Positions 16,110 through 23,232 of a DNA stretch of 23,232 nucleotides are shown here, piece by piece; position 1 is the first letter of the stretch; each line of letters starts with the position of its first letter. The DNA lies in IMG/VR virus record IMGVR_UViG_3300032053_018320; one strand, given 5' to 3'. A program made the translations under genes and the position numbers. The DNA comes from an uncultured virus (IMG/VR IMGVR_UViG_3300032053_018320). Taxonomy: Duplodnaviria > Heunggongvirae > Uroviricota > Caudoviricetes. The notes beneath the pieces were generated by a model. It had not been told where the DNA came from and did no database searches. It saw only the letters and a list, made by a program, of their open reading frames with translations.

Positions 16110-16265
16110 TCAACAGTCATCGTTATCATCTTCTTCTTTGGCAGTGTGTATGTCGCATTCATAACCACACAACTGGCATTTTAACCAATCTTCGTCCCAT
16201 TCACGACCAGGTTTATTGGCTGGTGTCATTATGCCGAATCGGCATTCTGGGCAATGAATTGCCAT
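16110..16265 (-). CDS. 51-aa C4 Zn-ribbon protein, not in ORF track
   Basis: MAIHCPECRFG...WLKCQLCGYEC...; TGATG overlap with the upstream gene. Confidence 0.7.
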   Translation of the reverse strand: MAIHCPECRFGIMTPANKPGREWDEDWLKCQLCGYECDIHTAKEEDDNDDC

Positions 16266-16453
16266 CAGTTATTCACCTTCTTGCATCTGCAACTCGTTTT
16301 CATCTCACCACATCGTTGACAGAACGCTCGAAGCACACTGAACCGCTGTTCATCTGGTAAGGCAACTATTTCATCGATGATGTTTGTCACCGTTGCCCGC
16401 GTCGAAATGATGACATGACTATTGATTTTTCGTATTCTGTTCATGATATTCAT
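16265..16453 (-). CDS. Small protein with C-terminal CxxCG...CxC motif
   Basis: ATGA overlap at 16450-16453; FCQRCGEMKTSCRC. Confidence 0.65.
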   Translation of the reverse strand: MNIMNRIRKINSHVIISTRATVTNIIDEIVALPDEQRFSVLRAFCQRCGEMKTSCRCKKVNN

Positions 16454-16758
16454 TTCCGTTGAATAAACCATTCTTCATATGTTTTTCCTTCAAATACTCG
16501 TGATAATTCGAACTGACATTGAAAGTCGAAAACGATTCGTCGTATTTCATCCATATTCGTTGCATTTTTAACTTTCGTGAATAACATCATGAATGTTGGC
16601 TCGTGGTGATACCCATCGAGTCCTGTTTGGCGACAATCTTCACAAGTATAAAGCCACGGTGCTTTCCCGACGACGCCAGTTCCCTTACATCGTCCACACT
16701 TGTGCTTGTTGATATAATCATTGACCCACGCGTCAACATCGATATTTATTGTTTCCAC
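16450..16758 (-). CDS. DnaJ-type Zn-finger-containing protein
   Basis: CGRCKGTG...CEDCRQTG. Confidence 0.72.
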   Translation of the reverse strand: METINIDVDAWVNDYINKHKCGRCKGTGVVGKAPWLYTCEDCRQTGLDGYHHEPTFMMLFTKVKNATNMDEIRRIVFDFQCQFELSRVFEGKTYEEWFIQRK

Positions 16759-16767
16759 GATTGTTCA

Positions 16768-16908
16768 CTAATCCACGACATTTCGTTCCTTGCGAACGAA
16801 TCGATAAATGCTACTAATGATTAGACATTTCAATCGCATCGAGCGACTGCACGATTCATCACAATTAACCATTTCATACCTACACGAATTTGAGTATGGT
16901 AGTCTCAT
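16768..16908 (-). CDS. 46-aa Cys-rich micro-protein, not in ORF track
   Basis: ATGA overlap; MRLPYSNSCRYEMVNCDESCSRSMRLKC... Confidence 0.45.
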   Translation of the reverse strand: MRLPYSNSCRYEMVNCDESCSRSMRLKCLIISSIYRFVRKERNVVD

Positions 16909-17189
16909 GAGTTTTCCTTCTTCTTTAGATTTCGTGGTTTTACTTGCATATATTCGTCGTAATTATCGTTGTCGAGTTTTTTAATATCTGAATCGAAACT
17001 ATCGATGATACTTTGTAATTTTCCCAAACGCTCTTGTATACAACTGCCACACGCAACGAGAAACAGGTTGGTGTTGAATTCATACCCACCTCTATTCAAG
17101 ATCAGCGTTTCACATCGTCCGTGACGTGGACAAATCAAGTCTTCTGGTTTTTCAACGTGTTTTGAGTGAATATGCTTGTTAAAGACCAT
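16905..17189 (-). CDS. Zn-finger-like hypothetical protein
   Basis: CPRHG...CGSC. Confidence 0.68.
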   Translation of the reverse strand: MVFNKHIHSKHVEKPEDLICPRHGRCETLILNRGGYEFNTNLFLVACGSCIQERLGKLQSIIDSFDSDIKKLDNDNYDEYMQVKPRNLKKKENS

Positions 17190-17625
17190 CGTGAGTCACC
17201 TGTTTTTCGCCTGCACGCCGAGGTTCAGTGAATGTTGTCACATCGCAACTGTGACAAATCCATTTAACAGACAAACCAGAGTCACAGCCCGGATCGTGAT
17301 AATGAATATCAATCGAGCCACAGTTTGGACAAACCCAATGTTCATCGTGTTTATGCTTTAAATCTGTGCAATATACATACTGACCATTGCATTTCGTTGG
17401 ATCGCCTATTCGACATTTCACGTTTGGCTCATGATACCAGTGACATTTCAAACAACTCCGGGTATCATCGAGTGTAACTTGATGTTCATTATTGTGTCTG
17501 AGTTCATCTTGACAGAAATATCTGACAAGAAATGCAAGTTTATCCAAGGTTTCACGAGAACAACTACTCGTCGTGAAGTGTGGTAATGAAAGGAACACGC
17601 GTTTAGCATCATTGAAACTAATCAT
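17179..17625 (-). CDS. Multi-Zn-finger protein
   Basis: CLKCHWY...C...C...C and CPNCGS...CHSC. Confidence 0.75.
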   Translation of the reverse strand: MISFNDAKRVFLSLPHFTTSSCSRETLDKLAFLVRYFCQDELRHNNEHQVTLDDTRSCLKCHWYHEPNVKCRIGDPTKCNGQYVYCTDLKHKHDEHWVCPNCGSIDIHYHDPGCDSGLSVKWICHSCDVTTFTEPRRAGEKQVTHDGL

Positions 17626-18305
17626 TATGTCGTTCGCCGTTGTAATATTGTCAATATACTTTTTTGTGAGATGAAATAATCGTCGTCTATACCATATACT
17701 TCCTTGACAATATTCATCACCTGTTGATCGTTAAAGAATTCGTCGGTGGCTTCCTTGATAGCAGCATCGATGATCGTTTGTAATCGTTCAATTTCAGCAT
17801 TATCATATTTTACCTTGGTCGATTTTACCTTCAATTCACACATCATTTTAGTTATGTGTTTTCCCTTACATCGTGGGCATTCAAGTAATGGACCGGCACT
17901 AACACCCGGCGGATCAGGTAAATAATACTGACCATGACACAATTCACAATTCGGGTCTCCGACTGGTCCGTCATCGTCGTTAGGTTTGCCAGTTAAATCG
18001 TTTATAGCACGAACGATGTCGTCCCAACTACCGTGAGTATCGCTACCAGAATGATCCACATCGAGCATATCTTGCAGTTTTTCCTTATACAAAATATCGG
18101 TGGCGTGCTCGTCTTCAGCCCTTGCAAGGTCTTGTCGCATATTCTCAACCTTGACCGTGAGATCATCGAGATCGTCTTCTTTCATATAGGGCATCATTTC
18201 AAGACTCTTGATATTACTCTTCAACTGTTCAACATAATCCTTGATTTCGTTAAACGTCATTTCATCGATGGTAACTTCGTGAAGTTCGTCTTCATCGTCG
18301 CTCAT
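17625..18305 (-). CDS. Acidic coiled-coil protein with DnaJ-like Zn finger
   Basis: CELCHG...CPRCKG; AEIERLQ. Confidence 0.78.
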   Translation of the reverse strand: MSDDEDELHEVTIDEMTFNEIKDYVEQLKSNIKSLEMMPYMKEDDLDDLTVKVENMRQDLARAEDEHATDILYKEKLQDMLDVDHSGSDTHGSWDDIVRAINDLTGKPNDDDGPVGDPNCELCHGQYYLPDPPGVSAGPLLECPRCKGKHITKMMCELKVKSTKVKYDNAEIERLQTIIDAAIKEATDEFFNDQQVMNIVKEVYGIDDDYFISQKSILTILQRRTT

Positions 18306-18652
18306 TCATCGTTCACCAATTTCTTGAGTTGATCTTCATAGTCTTGTCGTTTAAATTCGAGCATAGGATTATCCCCTATTGCTGCTATCGCTGCCTTCAA
18401 TACACGGATTTGTTCGTTCTTGATATAAGTAGTTATAATGGTATCAAGTGCTATAAGATCGTTAATATCGACCATTTCGCCTGTATCGTTACAATCATTT
18501 TTCTTGTTTGCTATCCAGCCAGAAATGTTGCCTATCAAGTTGTCCCTTGCTTCAACAGCCAATTGCCATTGTTCAACACGACGATTGAGTGAATCGATAT
18601 CGCCCTTCAATTCATCGACAAGCGGTTTACACATACCGTATGGTTCAGTCAC
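18302..18652 (-). CDS. Coiled-coil hypothetical protein
   Basis: GTGA/ATGA overlaps at both ends. Confidence 0.7.
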   Translation of the reverse strand: MTEPYGMCKPLVDELKGDIDSLNRRVEQWQLAVEARDNLIGNISGWIANKKNDCNDTGEMVDINDLIALDTIITTYIKNEQIRVLKAAIAAIGDNPMLEFKRQDYEDQLKKLVNDE

Positions 18653-19023
18653 TGGGAATAGTCCCGTTTGTCATTCGCCTCGTTCTCTGCTATTGTTTCC
18701 TTGATGTGTTCCAATTCCTTTTCGTAGGGATACCAATCACATTTCCATTCATACACTTCACCAGCAGCGTATGACGATGAACCACTCACGAAATTGCCGT
18801 TTCTAAATTTCGTCGGATAAAAACCATATACCTTGACACAACCAATCTCCGTCGTGTCATTGTAATTTTCTTTCATCCGTGCAGCATAGTCGGCAACAAA
18901 CAGCAATCCAGCTAACTTTGCTTCGTCGTCAGACAAACAATCAACCACTGATACACTGCTTTGCTCTCGCCACCCAGCAGTAGTCTTGAAAATAACCGAC
19001 GAGCGAACTTCATAGAGACTCAT
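18649..19023 (-). CDS. Hypothetical protein
   Basis: 124 aa; GGTGA RBS and ATGA overlap. Confidence 0.7.
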   Translation of the reverse strand: MSLYEVRSSVIFKTTAGWREQSSVSVVDCLSDDEAKLAGLLFVADYAARMKENYNDTTEIGCVKVYGFYPTKFRNGNFVSGSSSYAAGEVYEWKCDWYPYEKELEHIKETIAENEANDKRDYSQ

Positions 19024-19187
19024 TTCATTTCACCCTTCTTTAGAAATGGACAATCTGGTCGTCCATCTTGATGCACTCGTGGATGAGTTGCGCATTGATC
19101 CAAGTCTTGTGGCGAACCGTCGATAGCACACATACAACGTCTACAAGGATTGGTTCGATATTCGACATCTGGATCGAATTTCATCAT
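19020..19187 (-). CDS. Small Cys-rich protein
   Basis: Start moved to ATGA overlap at 19184-19187; PCRRC...C...CP. Confidence 0.62.
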   Translation of the reverse strand: MMKFDPDVEYRTNPCRRCMCAIDGSPQDLDQCATHPRVHQDGRPDCPFLKKGEMK

Positions 19188-19456
19188 TTGCCACCAAGTT
19201 TCTTGATATTCATGATCATTTCCCAAACGACTTCACGACGATACTGTTCTATATCTTCGTGTTCATCGATGATGCGGAGTTGCTTTTGTATTTCATCCAT
19301 CATCGAATCGAGGGCTTTTATCTTTTGTTTTCCAGTCGTTAATGCAGCGATCGTTTCCGTGATGAGTTTAATATCTGGACTATACCGATCATTGCTACTC
19401 ATTCTGCCACGGAGCAACGTTAATCGGTTGATGATGGTTGGTTTATTCGTCGACAT
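19184..19456 (-). CDS. Coiled-coil hypothetical protein
   Basis: 3' part of the 208-aa track ORF; its 5' part overlaps two better ORFs. Confidence 0.58.
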   Translation of the reverse strand: MSTNKPTIINRLTLLRGRMSSNDRYSPDIKLITETIAALTTGKQKIKALDSMMDEIQKQLRIIDEHEDIEQYRREVVWEMIMNIKKLGGK

Positions 19457-19682
19457 CAGTGTCATCTTGGCGTTCCTTAGCGATGATGTTCCAACACGTT
19501 TTACAGTAATTAGCAACGAAATCTTCGTTTCCACACGAACTACCATCGAAGTCCAACGCGACATAATTGACTTGATATGCCATATAAAACGCGTTGTCAT
19601 TTTCAACTTCCACGGGCAACGGTTTCTTGCATCGTTTGCACATCGGCGGTGATGGATGATCGTCGAATTTATCCATTTCCAT
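19443..19682 (-). CDS. C4 Zn-finger protein
   Basis: CKRCKKPL...YCKTCW; GAGGTGGA RBS. Confidence 0.72.
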   Translation of the reverse strand: MEMDKFDDHPSPPMCKRCKKPLPVEVENDNAFYMAYQVNYVALDFDGSSCGNEDFVANYCKTCWNIIAKERQDDTDVDE

Positions 19683-20063
19683 TCATTCCACCTCGACGGT
19701 TGATGTATCACAACGTTCGAACCAATCAACAAGATGATCACGAATGATATCCTTGATATCTTCATATCCAGATGCTTCAGCATCATCTGCGTCTGGATCG
19801 ATGTTTTCAATGATTTTCTCAGCCATCTGCGCAGTCATCTCGTCAAAATCACTGTTTTCTTCTCGTTCAACGATCAGTTTATCAATTGAAGTTGACGATA
19901 TTATCGGTTCTTCTCTATAACAATTTGGATATATTTCACCGTTTTGATAACAGTAATCCCTCGTTCTCGTGCAAGTATGGCACTTATCTGCTAAAGGAAA
20001 ATTATTGAGTGGAATGCTCGCTTCGTGATCCGTTGGTTCGTCGGTTGACTTTTTGTTCGTCAT
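19683..20063 (-). CDS. Acidic protein with Cys motif
   Basis: CHTC...C...C; AGGTGA RBS. Confidence 0.72.
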   Translation of the reverse strand: MTNKKSTDEPTDHEASIPLNNFPLADKCHTCTRTRDYCYQNGEIYPNCYREEPIISSTSIDKLIVEREENSDFDEMTAQMAEKIIENIDPDADDAEASGYEDIKDIIRDHLVDWFERCDTSTVEVE

Positions 20064-20071
20064 TCCTCACC

Positions 20072-20551
20072 TTAAAGATAATCCTCGGTTAGTCTATTGA
20101 TATCTCCAAGAGCAAAGAAATATCCGTGTTCTGGCGTTTTAATTCTCACGGCAATTGCTGCACTGCCGGCGTCCATGAATGTTATATCGCTTTCACTTGG
20201 ATTGATGATGGTTGGTTCGTTAATCTTGTCAAAGTAAATATTGAGCAATTCATTTTGCTTACTCATTAACATATCGATGATGCACCGTTGAGAGTCGGTC
20301 AATACAGCCTTACTCATATCAAATATATTGCCGATTTGGACAGTATCGATATCATCGATATTAAATATAATTTCGCTATCGGTTTGTGTCACCTTGACGA
20401 CGTGTTGATCTTGATCCATCAATTCAACATTCACGACGAATTTAGGCGAAATAATCCTCGTTATGCCATTGCCCAATAATTTTATGAATGAATAATGCTC
20501 AGCATCCTTGAATTTTTCGAGTGGAATGATGTCCGTTATCGCTTTTTTCAT
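20072..20551 (-). CDS. Hypothetical protein
   Basis: GAGTGA RBS 5 nt before ATG 20551; first gene of a long operon. Confidence 0.72.
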   Translation of the reverse strand: MKKAITDIIPLEKFKDAEHYSFIKLLGNGITRIISPKFVVNVELMDQDQHVVKVTQTDSEIIFNIDDIDTVQIGNIFDMSKAVLTDSQRCIIDMLMSKQNELLNIYFDKINEPTIINPSESDITFMDAGSAAIAVRIKTPEHGYFFALGDINRLTEDYL

Positions 20552-20610
20552 GTTGGTCACTCAACAACGATCCAATAATTTCCGGTTATCTTGACAAGTC
20601 ATCATTGTCC

Positions 20611-20649
20611 AAACTTTATATATTTTTCGTCTACCAAAAGATTTATTCC
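20611..20649. promoter_or_regulatory. Divergent BRE/TATA promoter region
   Basis: Minus strand CGAAAAA-TATATAAA; plus strand AAAC-TTTATATA and AAAAGA-TTTATTCC about 21 nt before ATG 20671. Confidence 0.55.
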
Positions 20650-20670
20650 CGTGTCATGAAATGACTGATC

Positions 20671-21105
20671 ATGGATGAAACTACTTATTATCATGTGTTT
20701 TCTCGTTTTGAAGCGCGACCAATCGACGATCCTATCTTAGAAATGTTTTTCATGGAAGTCGAACCGTTCTTGAACGATCTATTCGACGGACCAAATGGAA
20801 TAGAATACGCTGATGTATTTTCGACTATCGTGATGAATAACGATATTTTACAAATAGATATAAAGAAGGTTGAACAAATGCTGACCGTCGTGACCAAATA
20901 TTTCGCTGGTAAGGTAATTCTATTCAGTATATATGATGGTAAAGTGATCGGAGATCGGGAATTGGCGAGAATTGTTCATTGCGAGTTAAAATTGCCATCG
21001 CTGCTTGCCATTCATTCATCATCATTCTGCTACCTTGATAGGCTGCAGTCGAGAAATAATACCTATCAAGAAGCACTATTTTTCCTTCTTTCAACGCCGG
21101 TTTGA
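20671..21105 (+). CDS. Hypothetical protein; natural-looking to about 20950, then reads antisense through tmk
   Basis: Own promoter; 182-nt antisense overlap with tmk suggests loss of its native stop. Confidence 0.55.
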   Translation: MDETTYYHVFSRFEARPIDDPILEMFFMEVEPFLNDLFDGPNGIEYADVFSTIVMNNDILQIDIKKVEQMLTVVTKYFAGKVILFSIYDGKVIGDRELARIVHCELKLPSLLAIHSSSFCYLDRLQSRNNTYQEALFFLLSTPV

Positions 21106-21337
21106 TGTTTTCCTTCACGTCAACTTTTCTGTCCTTGACAAACAATTCTGTTTCCCTTTCAACCGACAACCGTTTTTTACCATTCATTGCGTTTCGTATC
21201 TTCATTCCATACTTCGAGTGGGATGGTTCGGAAAATTTTGCACAATCCAAACCCTTCGAAACAAGATACACCAATAATTTATCAGCGCACGTTGTTTTGC
21301 CAGTTCCATCGATACCTTCAAACACGATCAAACTCAT
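20924..21337 (-). pseudogene. tmk: Thymidylate (dTMP) kinase, C-terminally truncated
   Basis: LIVFEGIDGTGKTT P-loop, EP, LF..DR, IKPAL..GKIVLLDRYYFSTAAYQG, PIPDL; homology stops after PDL at 137 aa versus about 200 aa typical; no continuation in the other two frames. Confidence 0.88.
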
Positions 21338-22395
21338 GTTTCTTCCCTACTTTCTTGTTGGTCATCATCGTTAGATTCATATTCACTGACGTCGACGTTT
21401 GTATCATCGATGATTTCACGTTTCCACGTCGGAGAAATGATGAATAGTCCATTACACTGACTACGATTGCATCTACTGCCAGGTTGTCCATGACTAGTCT
21501 CGCCGCAGACGTTACACACAAGACGCTTGACACTATCATTGGTGGTTCTTGATTCGTTTTTCTTGCTTGACCCTCGTGTATAAGCGCCAGTCTCGTCGGG
21601 AACATTCGACACGAGATACTCGCCATCATCGATGATGACTTCTTCATGGTTGTTTATTTTTTCGATTTGTTCTGGTGTCAAGAAATCCTTTGGCGAGAAA
21701 TGAGCACAATTTGGACAATTACTACAATCTCTATTAGCGTTTTTACAAAATGGTTTCTTTGCATTCCAGATGCTGTCACTAACTGCTTGAGCAGTCACAT
21801 CAAGACCATTTTCAAGAATATGCAAGGCAGTGTTGAACATTGGTGCATTATACGCATCGTGAATTATTCTTCTCAAACGCTCGACTTCAACAGCGTCTGC
21901 CTTCTGTTGAACATCTGACTTTGCTTTAACAGTCGTGAATAAATATAATGGACACGACTGTAAGCGATCAGGTGGAATGCGACAATTTCTACCATCTTGA
22001 CCCAATTTAACGTTCCACGAACAAATTTTACACATACGTTCTGCTAACTGATCGATGTCGGATTGAAGATGGTTGTTTTTACTAACAAGACCTTGGATGA
22101 ACTCAACAAGCGCTTCTATATAGTCAGCACCTTTCACCTTTTCTACTTTCCAAAATTCGTCGAATGCTGGAACTCCCGTTGCAAGCGCTCTATATTCGTA
22201 TAGATCGTTACTTCGTTCATCATCAAGAAAATCCGTGAGTTGTTGAATCTGACTCCCGTATTCTTTCATGAGCGCCCTCACAACTGATACTGGCGCATCG
22301 AACCCACAATATCCGTTGCCCAACTCGATCCATTTACAATGACCGTCAAGGTTGCATCCTTCACATCTATTCGCGTTTTCGCTCATTGCATTCAT
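21334..22395 (-). CDS. Modular coiled-coil / multi-Cys-motif protein
   Basis: 353 aa; CEGC, CKIC, CKN...CSNCPNC, CNVCG...C motifs; VEVERLR. Confidence 0.8.
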   Translation of the reverse strand: MNAMSENANRCEGCNLDGHCKWIELGNGYCGFDAPVSVVRALMKEYGSQIQQLTDFLDDERSNDLYEYRALATGVPAFDEFWKVEKVKGADYIEALVEFIQGLVSKNNHLQSDIDQLAERMCKICSWNVKLGQDGRNCRIPPDRLQSCPLYLFTTVKAKSDVQQKADAVEVERLRRIIHDAYNAPMFNTALHILENGLDVTAQAVSDSIWNAKKPFCKNANRDCSNCPNCAHFSPKDFLTPEQIEKINNHEEVIIDDGEYLVSNVPDETGAYTRGSSKKNESRTTNDSVKRLVCNVCGETSHGQPGSRCNRSQCNGLFIISPTWKREIIDDTNVDVSEYESNDDDQQESREET

Positions 22396-22648
22396 CTCGT
22401 TGCTGTCGTAACTTCTTGAGGTCTGCCAGTTTCTGACCGACCGATACTGTTCGTGCTTTCTTCAGTGGACATCCAGCACGTTGACAATTATCGATTTCCT
22501 TCTTGATCTCATTGAGTTCATCGGTGAGTTCGATGATTCTATCGACGGCAGCGTTATAATCATCGATCAATTCATTCACGGCACCGGCTTTCCAAACATA
22601 ATCTGGTGATTCATGATCCATTCGTTTGAACGTTCGTTCACCCATCAT
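22367..22648 (-). CDS. Coiled-coil hypothetical protein
   Basis: ATGA overlap; heptad pattern. Confidence 0.68.
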   Translation of the reverse strand: MMGERTFKRMDHESPDYVWKAGAVNELIDDYNAAVDRIIELTDELNEIKKEIDNCQRAGCPLKKARTVSVGQKLADLKKLRQQRDECNERKRE

Positions 22649-23232
22649 GATTCGTCTCCAGTATTATCCGTTCCGTGATAACTCGTTCTCATGAAAATGT
22701 CCTTTGGGTCGTCGCCAGTATTAGACCAATATGCCTTGCAGTTTCGCTGGCACGCCGCGCAATAATCTGGCTCGACGTGAGGATTATTACACGAGCCACA
22801 CGAATGATCGTTCTTGACGAGTTTATCTTCGTCGATAGTTTGATGACACTTACCATCAGATTTAGGTAATCTGTTAATTGCTTCTATATCTGTTAAGTCT
22901 TCTTCGAACTCATCTGGATTTAACAGTCGCCGCTTGAGTTGTTCATTCTCGACTTGGAGCATAGCCTTTTCTTTTTGAAGTAATCGACCCGTGAATCGTA
23001 GATTTGATAGTTTGTCGTTTAATTTCTTTATCTTGTCGTTAAACGAATTGATCGTATTATTATGCTCATTGATGATGCTCGCCAATCCGAAATTATCCAC
23101 ACGTTCGCTGATCTCGTTAATAAACCACTCTCTAATATCTGTCACTTTTTGTTTCATCTCGTGATTGTTTACGAATTTTATCCTTGACTGCTTCATTATG
23201 TTCATCGAACATTGCTTGTGGAACGCCTTCAT
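22645..23232 (-). CDS. Coiled-coil protein with C-terminal Cys motif (start may lie outside the window)
   Basis: CGSC...YCAACQRNCKAYW; ORF reaches the window edge. Confidence 0.72.
   Translation of the reverse strand: MKAFHKQCSMNIMKQSRIKFVNNHEMKQKVTDIREWFINEISERVDNFGLASIINEHNNTINSFNDKIKKLNDKLSNLRFTGRLLQKEKAMLQVENEQLKRRLLNPDEFEEDLTDIEAINRLPKSDGKCHQTIDEDKLVKNDHSCGSCNNPHVEPDYCAACQRNCKAYWSNTGDDPKDIFMRTSYHGTDNTGDES

Noticed and set aside
19457..19810. 5' part of the 208-aa track ORF
   Set aside because: Alternative frame over two ORFs with Zn-finger motifs and good RBSs
3629..20606. Genome-wide TGA recoding suggested by in-frame TGA before open frames (3629, 14475, 20561)
   Set aside because: TGA is the normal stop in many ATGA overlaps, gene density is high under the standard code, and two of the cases are explained by the GGTGA/GAGTGA RBS
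1..23232. CRISPR array, long tandem repeats, IS element or integrase
   Set aside because: No regularly spaced repeats, terminal inverted repeats or transposase/recombinase motifs seen

Overview
AT-rich (roughly 38% GC by eye), gene-dense stretch that reads as the accessory region of an uncharacterised archaeal virus or other large archaeal extrachromosomal element. About 60 mostly short ORFs lie mainly on the minus strand in translationally coupled chains (ATGA/GTGA overlaps). The archaeal call is an inference from A-rich BRE + TTTA(A/T)A TATA boxes about 21-27 nt upstream of apparently leaderless start codons, GGTGA/GAGTGA ribosome-binding sites and oligo-T terminators. I recognised no capsid, terminase, integrase, polymerase, tRNA, rRNA or CRISPR array, so element type and host cannot be fixed from this window. 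Recognisable genes: a CX5R low-molecular-weight phosphatase, a phage FGDN/GGQA (DUF7831-like, possibly macro-like) protein, an orphan beta-class N6/N4 DNA methyltransferase, a YkgJ/CxxCxxCC cysteine-cluster protein, a tandem pair of paralogous winged-helix proteins behind a palindromic operator, many small Zn-finger proteins and a thymidylate kinase cut off after its PDL motif where it collides with a convergent gene. Best leads: the tmk junction; a shared TATA-TCGTT-TCGTGA promoter architecture in front of hairpin-rich, nearly ORF-less units (candidate small RNAs); a possible eS7/NusA-like KH domain; and apparent avoidance of GGCC/AGCT/GTAC alongside abundant GATC/TCGA. All family calls are by-eye motif recognition; no searches were run.
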